Assembly: GCA_003152015.1 (NCBI GenBank)
Contig: PLZF01000098.1
Span: 1,451 to 65,450, forward strand
Length of the DNA: 64,000 nt
From: Acidimicrobiaceae bacterium
GTDB lineage: Bacteria; Actinomycetota; Acidimicrobiia; Acidimicrobiales; RAAP-2
Direction: 5' to 3'
Shown: one piece after another, positions 54,612 through 64,000 of the stretch
Numbering within the stretch: position 1 is the stretch's first letter
Layout: every line of letters starts with the position of its first letter
Notes under the pieces: model-generated
Database searches by the model: none
What the model saw: the letters and a program-made list of their open reading frames with translations, nothing else
What the model was told of the DNA's origin: nothing
Translations under genes and position numbers: made by a program

Positions 54612-55379
54612 ATGAATGATCTGGAGAATGTCAAAGGGACCGGTTCTGGACTGGTCGCCGTCGTCACCGGAGCGAGTCGCGGTCTTGGCGCCGGATTGGC
54701 GCAAGCGTTCGCCGACACGGGACTACGGCTCGGCCTCTGTGCCCGTACGGTGCCGGCGGTGCCCGATGGAGCTGACGCAGTGACCGCCTCGGTGGACGTC
54801 ACCGACGCCGGGGCCGTCGACTCATTTGCAGACGCGGTGGTGGAACGGTTCGGTCGGGTCGATCTGTGGGTGAACAACGCCGGCGTGCTCGGCCCGATCG
54901 GCCCCCTGGTCGACGCCAATCCCGGGGCCCTCCGCCGTCACATCGACATCAACGTCACCGGCGTGCTCCTCGGTTGCCGAGCCTTTTCCCGGGTTGTCCG
55001 TGCTCAACCAGGAGGAGGAGTTCTTATCAATATCTCCTCGGGGGCGGGCACGAAGATCTATGAAGGCTGGGCCGCCTACTGCGCCTCGAAAGCGGCGGTC
55101 GACATGATGACAGCGGTGGTCGCCACCGAGGAACGCCCACACGGCCTCCGGGCTTATGCACTCGCACCGGGCGTGGTGGATACCGATATGCAGGCACAGA
55201 TCCGAGCAACCCCAGCCGCCTCGTTTCCCTCGGTGGCCCGATTCCTCAAACTGGACGAAGAACAAGCGTTCAACTCACCGGACTGGGTTGCGAATTTCAT
55301 CCTCGACCTCGTCGAGGGCAGGCGTGAGGTCAGCGACGGAGTGCGGATCCGAGTTCCGGATCAGCCGCATCACGGCTGA
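54612..55379 (+). CDS. SDR family oxidoreductase
   Basis: VAVVTGASRGLGAGLA, NNAG and YCASKAA motifs. 255 aa. Confidence 0.85.
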   Translation: MNDLENVKGTGSGLVAVVTGASRGLGAGLAQAFADTGLRLGLCARTVPAVPDGADAVTASVDVTDAGAVDSFADAVVERFGRVDLWVNNAGVLGPIGPLVDANPGALRRHIDINVTGVLLGCRAFSRVVRAQPGGGVLINISSGAGTKIYEGWAAYCASKAAVDMMTAVVATEERPHGLRAYALAPGVVDTDMQAQIRATPAASFPSVARFLKLDEEQAFNSPDWVANFILDLVEGRREVSDGVRIRVPDQPHHG

Positions 55380-55398
55380 TCCGGACCCTGACATGACC

Positions 55399-56463
55399 TC
55401 AGTAGGGAAAGCCGCCATAGCCACCCGAGCGCCCCGAGCTCCCATCGCCACCTGAACTGCTATTGCTCGATGAACCGAGGCTGTTCTGGCTCCCATCGCC
55501 ACCTGAGCGCAATCCCGAGACAAGTGAGGTGAGTCCATCGGAGGGAATGGCGAACCCGATGTTCTGTGCCGATGATCCGTTGCTCGAACCGGCGGCCGCG
55601 GTGTTCATGCCGATGACTTGACCCGACGAGTTCAGGAGTGCTCCTCCGGAGTTGCCCGGATTGATGGCGGCGTCGGTCTGCAGCATGCCGGTGAGCGTCT
55701 CGGTGGAGCTCCCTGTGCTGTCGCCGGCTGTGATCTGACGGTTGAGCGCGGAGATGATCCCTGAAGTGACCGAGGCACTATCACCGAGGGCCAGTGCGTT
55801 TCCGATAGCCACAACCGAGTCTCCGACCTGTACCTGGCTAGAGTTGCCGAAGTTCACCGCCGGTAATCCGCTTTGGTTGGTGATCTGCAGGAGGGCCACG
55901 TCTTTGTCGGGGTCGGTTCCAACGAGTGTGGCCGGAAGCTGCTTCGTCGAACCGTTGAGCGCCACGGTGATGGTGGTGGCACCGTCGATGACATGGTTGT
56001 TGGTCAGCACTTCTCCGGTCGACGTGATGATCATGCCGGTTCCCTCGTCTTGCGACTGGCTTCCATTGGTGGCGGTGATGGCCACGATGGACGGCGACAC
56101 CGACTTCACGATTTGAGAGACGCTCGACGAAGAAGTGCTCCCTGCAACTTTGATCGGCGGGGCCGCGGCAGTTGTGGGAGTAGAGGAAGACGTCGAGTGG
56201 ACATTGGCTGCTTCCACCGCTCCGGCACCGGCAACACCGCCGACTAGGACGGCGACCACGGTGATTGCAGCAACGCCTCTCCGACGTTTGTTGGCCTTCG
56301 GCGCGGCCTCGGGGCTCGGCCAGGGGGCAGGGGAAGCCGGGGCGCCGGCGTAGGGGGGCCAACCTCCGGGCGGTGACCATCCTCCACCGCTGACAGGCGG
56401 TGCTCCGACAGGAGGCACCTCGGAGATGGCTCCACTGGGCAGTTGATTCGGGTAGTCGGTCAT
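55399..56463 (-). CDS. membrane-anchored trypsin-like serine protease (S1C/HtrA-like, no PDZ seen)
   Basis: Pro-rich N-terminus and a TM anchor. LTNNHV (His), DVALLQI (Asp), DAAINPGNSGGALL (Ser). Gly/Ser-rich tail. Confidence 0.8.
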   Translation of the reverse strand: MTDYPNQLPSGAISEVPPVGAPPVSGGGWSPPGGWPPYAGAPASPAPWPSPEAAPKANKRRRGVAAITVVAVLVGGVAGAGAVEAANVHSTSSSTPTTAAAPPIKVAGSTSSSSVSQIVKSVSPSIVAITATNGSQSQDEGTGMIITSTGEVLTNNHVIDGATTITVALNGSTKQLPATLVGTDPDKDVALLQITNQSGLPAVNFGNSSQVQVGDSVVAIGNALALGDSASVTSGIISALNRQITAGDSTGSSTETLTGMLQTDAAINPGNSGGALLNSSGQVIGMNTAAAGSSNGSSAQNIGFAIPSDGLTSLVSGLRSGGDGSQNSLGSSSNSSSGGDGSSGRSGGYGGFPY

Positions 56464-56582
56464 ACGGCAAGTCTCTGCCCGACACCTAAGGAAACAGTAT
56501 GGAGGACATATGAGTCACAGAAGAATCCTCGAAATTGACCCCCGCATTCGACGGGACGGTCCGGGAAGGTAACGTCGCAGGT

Positions 56583-56702
56583 ATGTCAGATCGTTCGCGG
56601 AAGATTGTGAAACCAGCGGCTGCTATCGGGGTGCTCGCCACCATAGCGAGCGTGTGGTGGTTTGCCCTCAGGCCTCGGCGGAAGATCAAACTCGACAAGT
56701 AA
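56583..56702 (+). CDS. candidate 39-aa single-TM small protein (not in the ORF track)
   Basis: My own translation gives MSDRSRKIVKPAAAIGVLATIASVWWFALRPRRKIKLDK*. It has a basic N-terminus, one hydrophobic helix and a basic C-terminus. Only a weak GGAAGG lies 13 nt upstream. It sits in a 280-nt gap. Confidence 0.3.
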   Translation: MSDRSRKIVKPAAAIGVLATIASVWWFALRPRRKIKLDK

Positions 56703-56743
56703 GGCTCCGGCGGCGCCGGCATCGTGCCCAGGCAAACGAACCG

Positions 56744-57526
56744 TCAACTCATCATGGCGGGTACGGCTTCCCCGATCGGCATCCGGACAATGGCGTGAGC
56801 CATGGCATCGAACTCTGTCTCCTCGGCGTTGACAATCACGATGGCGGCACCGTGATGATGGGCAATGGGGACGAGACTGGCGGCCGGAAACACCGCCAGG
56901 GTGGATCCGATGGCCAGCAGCAGATCGCATTCGGAGGCCGCTCGGGTGGCTCTCCGCAGGTCCTCGGCCACCAGGTCCTGACCGAAGCTGATGGTGGCGG
57001 ACTTGAGGATCCCTCCACAATGACGACAGGGCGGATCCTCTTCGCCGGCCCGCACTCGGTCGAGGGTCTCTCCCATCGGGGAACGGTGGTCGCACGACAT
57101 GCACATCACCTGGTGCATGGTGCCGTGGAGTTCGACGATGAGAGCCGGGTCAGTACCGGCGACCTGATGGAGCCCGTCGATATTCTGGGTGACCAGGGTG
57201 TGAAGCTTCCCGGACGCAGCCAGCGCGGTGAGGGCGGTATGGGCAGCGTTGGGACGGGCGGCCCATGTCGGCGAGTTGAGTCGACTGCGCCACGCTCGCC
57301 TGCGAAGGTCTGCATCGGCCATATAGCTGGCCAACGTGGCCACCTTTTCCGCTTCGGGATTCTTCGTCCACACTCCGTTCGGGCCCCGGAAGTCGGGGAT
57401 ACCGGAGTCGGTGGAGATGCCGGCACCGGTCAGCACAACCACCGAGCCGGCCTCGGCCAGCAAACTCCGGGCGATGCCGAGACCGGTGGCACCACCGGGG
57501 TCGCGGCCGGATTCCACTGAGCTCAT
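56744..57526 (-). CDS. cobB: NAD-dependent protein deacylase (Sir2/CobB family)
   Basis: VVLTGAGISTDSGIPDFRGPNGVW, QNIDGLH, and the Zn ribbon CxxC...CxxC (CMSCDH...CRHCGG). Confidence 0.9.
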   Translation of the reverse strand: MSSVESGRDPGGATGLGIARSLLAEAGSVVVLTGAGISTDSGIPDFRGPNGVWTKNPEAEKVATLASYMADADLRRRAWRSRLNSPTWAARPNAAHTALTALAASGKLHTLVTQNIDGLHQVAGTDPALIVELHGTMHQVMCMSCDHRSPMGETLDRVRAGEEDPPCRHCGGILKSATISFGQDLVAEDLRRATRAASECDLLLAIGSTLAVFPAASLVPIAHHHGAAIVIVNAEETEFDAMAHAIVRMPIGEAVPAMMS

Positions 57527-57599
57527 CTGATCAGCTTGGCACGACCCCCGAAGCGCCGACTCCCGGCCGGCATCGCCCGACGCCCGGTAGCCTCGACCG

Positions 57600-58847
57600 A
57601 TGGCCCTGGCCTCCCTTCGCCCTCTTCAATCACGCAACTTCGCCCTGTTGTGGTCGGCGGCGCTGGTATCCAACGTCGGGACGTGGATGCAGACCGTCGC
57701 CCTCGGGGTACTGGTCTACGCCCGAAGCCACCAAGCCGGTTGGACCGGATTGGTAGCGGCAGCGGCGTTCATCCCGATGGGCCTGCTTGCCCCGGTGGGC
57801 GGGGCACTGGCTGACCGGTTCGATCGCCGTCGATGGTTGATCGTGACCACCTTGGGCGAGATGGCCTTCGCCACCGTGCTGACGGTGTTGGTAGCCACCG
57901 GGCACGATCAACCGGGGATAGTGATCATCGTGGCCTTCTTAGGTGGTGCGGCCGGGGCCATCGGATTTCCGGCCTACCAGGCCATGGTTCCGGATCTAGT
58001 GCCGAAAGAAGATCTCCTCGGCGCCATTTCGCTGTCATCGGCTCAGTTCAACCTGGGACGGGTGGTGGGTCCGGCGGCGGCCGGCCTCACCCTCATCCAT
58101 CACGACTACACCCTGACGTTCGCCGTCAATGCTGCATCGTTTGCCGCCGTGGTGGTGGCGTTGAGCCTGGTGCGCCTGCCCAAACCGGCACCAGTCCGCG
58201 GGGATCTGGGGATGTTTCGCCGGATAGCCGATGGTGCCCGTACGGCCATGAGCGAGCCAGGATGTCGCAGCGCCATCATCCTCATCTCGGTGGTGGCCCT
58301 CCTCGCCTCGCCGTTCATCGCCTTGGTGCCGGTGATGTCGGCGGCCCTCGGCCACGGTGCCGGGGGAACCGCGCTGTTGGTAACCGCCCAGGGCGTCGGT
58401 GCGGTGATCGGAGCCCTGGTGCTGCCCACCCTGGCTGAGCAGTTGGGACGGCGGAGGGTGGTGCGAGGCGCGTTGTTCTTGTTACCGCTCCTGCTCATCA
58501 ACTACGGGTTGTCGCCGACCTTGTGGTGGTCGCTGGTGACGTTTTTGCTGGTGGGTGCCGGCTATATCTCGGTGTTGGCCGGCCTCAACACGGTGGTCCA
58601 ACTGCGTGCCCCGGCCGCATCCCGTGGCCGGGTGATCGGGCTGTACATGATGGCCTTGGGCATCATCTATCCGATCGGCGCCGTGCTCCAAGGTTTGATC
58701 GCCAACCGAACCGGGGTGCGGGCGGTTACAGTCGGGGGAGCCGTGATCCTGTTGGTCGTGCTCGGTCTGTTGGCGATGATCCGGCCGCAACTGCTGGAGG
58801 CACTTGATGATGTGCCGATGATTGTCCCGACCGAGGAGCTTCCATGA
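57600..58847 (+). CDS. MFS transporter
   Basis: 415 aa with about 12 TM. GGALADRFDRRRWL loop motif. Confidence 0.85.
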   Translation: MALASLRPLQSRNFALLWSAALVSNVGTWMQTVALGVLVYARSHQAGWTGLVAAAAFIPMGLLAPVGGALADRFDRRRWLIVTTLGEMAFATVLTVLVATGHDQPGIVIIVAFLGGAAGAIGFPAYQAMVPDLVPKEDLLGAISLSSAQFNLGRVVGPAAAGLTLIHHDYTLTFAVNAASFAAVVVALSLVRLPKPAPVRGDLGMFRRIADGARTAMSEPGCRSAIILISVVALLASPFIALVPVMSAALGHGAGGTALLVTAQGVGAVIGALVLPTLAEQLGRRRVVRGALFLLPLLLINYGLSPTLWWSLVTFLLVGAGYISVLAGLNTVVQLRAPAASRGRVIGLYMMALGIIYPIGAVLQGLIANRTGVRAVTVGGAVILLVVLGLLAMIRPQLLEALDDVPMIVPTEELP

Positions 58848-60244
58848 TCGGTGAATCGAAGATGGCATCGACCGGCCTGACCACTGTGGAGGTTCTGACG
58901 TCCGCCGACGCCGAAGCGGCACAGGGTCGGGCGGCCGGCTATCTGGCAGCGGCCGGTCTCCGTGTCGGCGATCGGGTCGTCTTCTGTCTCCCGTCCTCCT
59001 CGGCTCTTCTGTGCGCGGTGCTGGGGGCGCTACGGACAGGAGTGATTCCCGTACTGCTCAATGCCACCCTGCTCGACGATGAACGGGACCATCTGATCGC
59101 CGACGCCGAACCCAAATTGGTGGTGACCGACATCGCCACACTGGCGGCACTCGACACTGGAACCCCTGTTGAGCTGCCTCGCTACCCGCGGGGACGGCCC
59201 ATGCACTACACCTCGGGTACCACCGGCCGTTCCAAAGGCGTGTGGTCGGGAGTGTGGGACGAGTCCGCCGCCGCCGAGGCATTCGCCGATGAGGCCGACC
59301 TGTGGTCATTCGGGCCGGATGACGTCCACTTGGTGTGCTCGCCGATGTATCACTCGGTGTCGGTCAGGTTCGCGGCCGGGACACTGCTGCGGGGAGGGAC
59401 CTGCGTCATCCTCGGACGATTTGAGGCCACTGCCGCACTCGCCGCCCTGACGGGCAGCGCGGGTGTGATCCCCACTACCACCTTCATGGCCCCCTCGGCC
59501 CTGGCCCGGCTCTTGGCCCTCGGCCGAGGCCTCCCGGGTCAATTCAACTCGCTCCGCCTCCTGGTCCACGCCGGGTCGCCGTGCCCACAGGCCGTCAAAC
59601 GTGCAGCCCTCGAACGGGTTCATGACGGAGTGTTGTGGGAGTTCTACGGATCCACGGAAGGGCAGTTCACCGCGTGCTCGCCCGGGGAGTGGTCGGCTCA
59701 TCCCGGCAGCGTGGGGAGGGCTCGCCCAGGACGAACGATCACAGTCGACGACGATGGCACCGTGTGGTGCCGGCCTCCCGCCTTCGCCCGCTTCCAATAC
59801 TGGCGGGACGAGGACAAGACCGCCTCGGCATGGCGAGATGGCTCATTTACGGTCGGGGACCTTGGGCGCCTCGATGTCGACGGGTACCTCTATCTCGACG
59901 GGCGGCGCGACGATCTGATCATCAGCGGGGGAGTCAACGTCTATCCGGCCGAGGTGGAGAACGTCATGTCCGAGGTCGGCGGGGTGGCAAGGTTGGCGGC
60001 ATTCGGTCTTCCCGACGAGACCTGGGGGCAGCGTGTATGCGTGGCGGTGGTCCCCGATGCCACCGTCGAGGGGATCGATCGGGAGCACCTGATTGGTGCC
60101 CTTCGGTCCCACGCCATGGATCGGATGGCAGGATACAAGAGGCCGAAGCAGTACTTCATCGTCGAGGCGCTGCCCACCACCGCCACCGGGAAGGTGCAGC
60201 GCCACCGGGTCGCCGCCCAGATCGGCAGCTTGCCAGCTCACTGA
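58844..60244 (+). CDS. AMP-binding acyl-CoA synthetase / ligase
   Basis: YTSGTTGRSKGV AMP-binding motif, YGSTEG, GDLGRLDVDGYLYLDGRRDDLIISGG, and the C-terminal TGKVQR. Confidence 0.85.
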   Translation: MIGESKMASTGLTTVEVLTSADAEAAQGRAAGYLAAAGLRVGDRVVFCLPSSSALLCAVLGALRTGVIPVLLNATLLDDERDHLIADAEPKLVVTDIATLAALDTGTPVELPRYPRGRPMHYTSGTTGRSKGVWSGVWDESAAAEAFADEADLWSFGPDDVHLVCSPMYHSVSVRFAAGTLLRGGTCVILGRFEATAALAALTGSAGVIPTTTFMAPSALARLLALGRGLPGQFNSLRLLVHAGSPCPQAVKRAALERVHDGVLWEFYGSTEGQFTACSPGEWSAHPGSVGRARPGRTITVDDDGTVWCRPPAFARFQYWRDEDKTASAWRDGSFTVGDLGRLDVDGYLYLDGRRDDLIISGGVNVYPAEVENVMSEVGGVARLAAFGLPDETWGQRVCVAVVPDATVEGIDREHLIGALRSHAMDRMAGYKRPKQYFIVEALPTTATGKVQRHRVAAQIGSLPAH

Positions 60245-60261
60245 TGAGGGAGAATCGCTCC

Positions 60262-61665
60262 ATGAGTCCCACCGACGCAGGACCACCACTGGCCTCGATC
60301 AACCCCGCCACCGGCGAACTCCTTCAGTCCTTCGAACCCTTCGATGCCGACGAAGTGGAGGCCCGTCTGGCCATTGCGGCCCGGGCCGCATCCGAGTGGG
60401 CCGCCACCAGTTTCGTGGAGCGGGCTCGGTTGCTGATCACCGTGGCCGAACTCCTCGAAGGTGAGCTCCCCGATATCGCCCATGTGGTGACGACCGAGAT
60501 GGGAAAGCCGTTCGCCCAGGCCAAGGGCGAGGTAGCCAAGTGCGCCAGTGCCTTCCGGTGGTTCGCTGAGCATGGCGAGAGTTTTCTCACCGATGAGGAG
60601 CTGCCGGTCGACGCCTCCCTGGGACTGGTGACCTATCAACCACTCGGACCGGTGCTCGCCATCATGCCGTGGAACTTTCCCCTGTGGCAGGTGGTGAGGT
60701 TTGCCGCCCCAGCCGTCATGGCCGGCAATGTCGGGTTGTTGAAGCACGCTCCAAATGTGTGTCGGACCGCTCTGCTGATCGAGGATCTGTTTCGCCGGGC
60801 CGGCGCTCTACCTGGCGTCTTCCAGACCCTGTTGATCGGGACTGATCAGGTGCCGGGGATCATCGCTGACACCCGAGTCAAGGCTGTCACGTTGACCGGC
60901 AGCGTCGGTGCCGGCCGGGCGGTGGCGGCTCAGGCCGGAGCGGCCATCAAAAAGGTCGTCCTCGAGCTCGGAGGCAGTGACCCGTTCATCGTGCTGCCGT
61001 CGGCCGATATCGATCGGGCCGTCCCGGTGGGAGTGCAGGCCCGTATGCAGAACACCGGCCAATCGTGCATCGCCGCCAAACGGTTCATCGTGCACGACGA
61101 GGTGGCCGACGCCTTCATCGACGCCTTTGTCGCCGGGGTGGCGGCCCTGTCGGTGGGGGATCCCTTCGATCCGGCCACCGAGGTCGGACCCCTGGTGACA
61201 TCGGTCGCCCGGGACAACATCGAAGCTCTGGTGGAGGACGCTCGCGCCCATGGGGCGTCGATTCTCTGCGGTGGCGAGCGGATGGTGGGCCCGGGAGGAT
61301 CCGATGAGGCGGGCTACTACTACCTGCCGACGGTGATCGCCGACATCACTTCTGAGATGAGGGTGGCAACCGAAGAGGTGTTCGGCCCGGTGGCACTCCT
61401 GTTTCGGGTGTCGAGCGCTGACGAGGCACTTTCGGTGGCCAACGGCACCGACTTTGGCCTCGGATCGAGCGTATGGACCGGCGACCCTGATGAACAACAG
61501 CAGTTTGTCCAGGGGCTCGAGGCCGGCCAGGTCTTCGTGAACGGCATGGTGGCGTCGATGCCTGAGTTGCCGTTTGGCGGGATCAAGACCTCAGGGGTCG
61601 GCCGGGAGCTGTCAGTTCATGGGATCCGCGAATTCTGCAACATAAAGTCGGTGTGGGTGGCCTGA
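60262..61665 (+). CDS. NAD(P)-dependent succinate-semialdehyde dehydrogenase-type aldehyde dehydrogenase
   Basis: Frame 59635..61665 trimmed to the ATG at 60262. LELGGSDPFIV, GQSCIAAKRFIV (Cys), EEVFGPV. Confidence 0.85.
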   Translation: MSPTDAGPPLASINPATGELLQSFEPFDADEVEARLAIAARAASEWAATSFVERARLLITVAELLEGELPDIAHVVTTEMGKPFAQAKGEVAKCASAFRWFAEHGESFLTDEELPVDASLGLVTYQPLGPVLAIMPWNFPLWQVVRFAAPAVMAGNVGLLKHAPNVCRTALLIEDLFRRAGALPGVFQTLLIGTDQVPGIIADTRVKAVTLTGSVGAGRAVAAQAGAAIKKVVLELGGSDPFIVLPSADIDRAVPVGVQARMQNTGQSCIAAKRFIVHDEVADAFIDAFVAGVAALSVGDPFDPATEVGPLVTSVARDNIEALVEDARAHGASILCGGERMVGPGGSDEAGYYYLPTVIADITSEMRVATEEVFGPVALLFRVSSADEALSVANGTDFGLGSSVWTGDPDEQQQFVQGLEAGQVFVNGMVASMPELPFGGIKTSGVGRELSVHGIREFCNIKSVWVA

Positions 61666-61669
61666 CCCG

Positions 61670-62503
61670 TCACTGTGTCGACGTCTCCACGTGGTTGACC
61701 ACTGGTGCCGCCACCCACGTCCCCGACATCGAGGTCCATGTGCGCCCGCCGAAAGTAACCGAGGTGAGGTGGTAGCTGTAGGCATTGGCCACCGCCCACG
61801 CGGCGACCTGCCATCCTCGTTGGGTGCTCGCCGGGGTGCCGAACGGGTCCGGGCCCAGTTGTGCGGATGCCGCTTTGGTGAGCGCCATATGGTTCGGGGC
61901 CGCGCCTCCGAAGCTACTGAGAAGGCAGGCAAGCCCAGCCGGGACTTCTCCCGTGGATGCTGCCGCCAGGGCGTGGGCTTCTGGCGACCACTGGGCATAG
62001 GCGTCGGGGGTGGCGCTGAGCTGGACACGTTGGGCGGCATCGGTCACCGGCAGCGACTCCCATCCGGGGATCTTGGCGAGATGGTTGTAGAAGGCCCCCG
62101 CGGCGTAGGTGGGGTCCATGATCTGGGCTGTGGTGCCCCAACCCTCGGAAGGGCGCTGTTGGAAGAGGCCGACCGAGTCGCGGTCGCCATAGGGGAGGTT
62201 CTGTAGATGGGTCTCCTGCAAGGACGTGGCGAGAGCGACGGTGGCGGCGTGGTCGGGTAGCCCCTTGCGCAGACCGACGGCGGTGATGAGAGCGGCGTTC
62301 TGGGCTTGGATGGGGGTAATCGCATACGGGTCACCGCCCGAGCGCCCTCCGAACGTGCACGTCGAGGCCACGGCAGGAGACCCGAGCAGCCCGATGAGGG
62401 TCACCGCACCCGCCACCACGACCGCCAACGTCACCGAGATGGAGACCACCCACCGGCGTCGCCTGTGGAATCTCGGGCGCGAATGTCGATTCATGGTCGG
62501 CAC
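61670..62503 (-). CDS. conserved secreted/anchored hypothetical protein
   Basis: Basic N-terminus plus a TM/signal segment (WVVSISVTLAVVVAGAV). The DRDSVGLFQQRPSEGWG motif recurs in uncharacterised actinobacterial secreted proteins (from memory, no named family). Confidence 0.6.
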   Translation of the reverse strand: MPTMNRHSRPRFHRRRRWVVSISVTLAVVVAGAVTLIGLLGSPAVASTCTFGGRSGGDPYAITPIQAQNAALITAVGLRKGLPDHAATVALATSLQETHLQNLPYGDRDSVGLFQQRPSEGWGTTAQIMDPTYAAGAFYNHLAKIPGWESLPVTDAAQRVQLSATPDAYAQWSPEAHALAAASTGEVPAGLACLLSSFGGAAPNHMALTKAASAQLGPDPFGTPASTQRGWQVAAWAVANAYSYHLTSVTFGGRTWTSMSGTWVAAPVVNHVETSTQ

Positions 62504-62587
62504 TGGTCAGTTGCTCCAATCGATGGCCAGACGCGGTGGGCGGGCGAACATGAAGTTTCCCATCTCGCTGGGGGTGAGAAGGGTCGG

Positions 62588-62614
62588 GTGCCCAGGTGCC
62601 CAGGTGCCCAGGTG
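62588..62614. repeat. 9-bp tandem repeat, 3 copies, upstream of the cysteine desulfurase gene
   Basis: gtgcccagg occurs three times, 36-62 nt upstream of the ATG at 62650. Confidence 0.9.
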
Positions 62615-62649
62615 CAGGGGCATCGTCCCGTGTCGGTCAGACTGGAGGT

Positions 62650-63813
62650 ATGCGTGCTTACCTCGACCATGCGGCAACCACGCCCATGCGACCAGAGGCT
62701 GTCGAGGCCATGTTGCCGTATCTGAGCGGCACCGAGATGTTCGGGAACCCCTCGGGTAGCCATCGCGAGTCCCGAAGGGCACGGTTGGCCGTGGATGACG
62801 CCCGGGAGAAAATCGCTGATTTACTCGGTGCTGACCTCGGAGAAGTGGTGTTCACCGGAAGCGGGACCGAAGCTGACAACTTGGCCATCACCGGCGCTCT
62901 TCGAGCTCGGGGATCTTCTCTCGGCGGCCGATCCGGTGTCATCGTCTGCTCGGCGATGGAGCATCACGCCGTCCTCAATACTTGTCGGGCCGCGGTCGAA
63001 CCGGGTGGCATCGAACTCCGTGAAGTGCAGACCGACCGGTCGGGGATCGTGGATCTCGCCTCGTTCGCCGAGGCATGCACGTCCGAGGTTCGACTGGTCT
63101 CGGTGATGGCTGTCAATAATGAGATCGGTACCGTGCAGCCTCTCGACGAAGTCTCCCGTCTGGTGCGCGCGCAGGCTCCGGGCGCGGTATTGCACACCGA
63201 CGCCATCCAGGCGGCGGCGTGGCTCGACATGACACCGATCACGGCCGCTGTCGATCTGTTGGCGCTGAGTGCGCACAAGTTCGGTGGCCCCAAAGGGGTG
63301 GGCGCGTTGGTGGTCCGCAATGGCATCCCGATCGACGCGGTGACCCACGGCGGCGGGCAGGAGCGCGAACGCCGGAGTGGGACCCACAACGTCGCCGGCA
63401 TAGTTGCCATGGCCGCAGCCCTCTCTGCCACCGTGGACCAGCGTTCAGATACCGCGGCCCGGGTCACCGCTCTTCGAGACCGGCTGGTCGACGGTCTGCT
63501 GGCCTTGGTGGAAGGAGCCGAAGAGACCGGAGATCGGTCCCGCAAAGTGCCTGGACACGCCCATCTGCGCTTTACCGGGATCGAGAGCGAGGCGATGGTG
63601 GTGCTCCTCGACGAGGCAGGGGTCGCCGCGTCGGCGGGAGCGGCGTGCTCGAGCGGCGCGGTCGATGCCAGCCACGTCCTGCTGTCAATGGGATTGGATT
63701 CGGCGGCGGCGGGCAGTGGGGTCCGCTTTTCGCTGGGCACAACATCCACCGACGCCGAGGTTGATCATGTTCTGGCCGTTGTCCCGGGAGTGGTCGCCCG
63801 CCTGCGAAACTAG
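62650..63813 (+). CDS. iscS: cysteine desulfurase (IscS/NifS family)
   Basis: Frame trimmed to the ATG at 62650, with a [17 protein letters not shown], the PLP lysine context [13 protein letters not shown], and SAGAACSSG (active-site Cys loop). Confidence 0.9.
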   Translation: MRAYLDHAATTPMRPEAVEAMLPYLSGTEMFGNPSGSHRESRRARLAVDDAREKIADLLGADLGEVVFTGSGTEADNLAITGALRARGSSLGGRSGVIVCSAMEHHAVLNTCRAAVEPGGIELREVQTDRSGIVDLASFAEACTSEVRLVSVMAVNNEIGTVQPLDEVSRLVRAQAPGAVLHTDAIQAAAWLDMTPITAAVDLLALSAHKFGGPKGVGALVVRNGIPIDAVTHGGGQERERRSGTHNVAGIVAMAAALSATVDQRSDTAARVTALRDRLVDGLLALVEGAEETGDRSRKVPGHAHLRFTGIESEAMVVLLDEAGVAASAGAACSSGAVDASHVLLSMGLDSAAAGSGVRFSLGTTSTDAEVDHVLAVVPGVVARLRN

Positions 63814-63817
63814 AGCC

Positions 63818-64000
63818 GTGCGAGTTCTTGTTGCCATGTCCGGAGGGGTCGACTCCTCGGTCGCCGCCTCCCTGCTGGTGGAGGAGTTCGGTCGTGACCA
63901 GGTGGTCGGGGCCACCTTGAAGTTATGGGGTGGGTCGTCCGACTCAGGGTGTTGTTCAGTGGCCGATGTGGAGGACGCCCGACGGGTGGCCGACCAACTT
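63818..64000 (+). CDS. mnmA: tRNA 2-thiouridine(34) synthase MnmA, 5' partial (runs off the window)
   Basis: GTG at 63818, then [20 protein letters not shown] (PP-loop SGGxDS). The frame is open to the window end. This is the typical iscS-mnmA pairing. Confidence 0.8.
   Translation, partial: MRVLVAMSGGVDSSVAASLLVEEFGRDQVVGATLKLWGGSSDSGCCSVADVEDARRVADQL

Noticed and set aside
54250-54612. 120-aa minus-strand ORF filling the 54.3-54.6 kb gap
   Set aside because: It has a TTG start that shares its first base with the first base of the opposite-strand SDR start codon (54612). Its third-position GC is weak compared with neighbouring genes, it overlaps the SRPBCC start, and no motif was recognised.

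Overview
GC-rich chromosomal window that looks Actinomycetota-like (inference from gene content, GTG/TTG starts and frequent 4-nt gene overlaps). It is densely coding, and I found no rRNA, tRNA, CRISPR array, transposase or integrase. The dominant feature is a mycofactocin (mft) locus at about 8.6-23.1 kb. It has a TetR-type mftR divergent from a tightly coupled 13-gene minus-strand operon. The operon order is mftA (a 48-aa ORF missing from the ORF track, ending IDGMCGVY), mftB, mftC, two FadH/OYE flavoenzymes, FixB/EtfA, FixC, FixX, FixA/EtfB, mftE, a mycofactocin-type SDR and mftF. An NDMA-type alcohol dehydrogenase lies next to it. No mftD or mftG is present in the window, and the embedded ETF / ETF-quinone oxidoreductase module is the most interesting candidate for undescribed biology. 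Other content includes ileS, leuA with a candidate Leu leader peptide and attenuator, cspA, rpiB, iscS-mnmA and a gamma-glutamyl-polyamine-type set (GS-like, PuuD-like, ALDH). There are secreted esterase, lipase and SGNH hydrolases, several SRPBCC and VOC proteins, and two type II toxin-antitoxin modules (vapBC and an MBL-antitoxin-mazF triplet). An Rpf-like transglycosylase is preceded by a candidate ydaO-type c-di-AMP riboswitch. Decay products include a truncated Fpg/Nei gene, an MFS N-terminal remnant and a probable frameshift in a TfoX-like gene. Many perfect short tandem repeats (9-24 bp units) sit at gene termini and gene junctions. All family assignments come from reading the translated ORFs by eye, and no database search was run.
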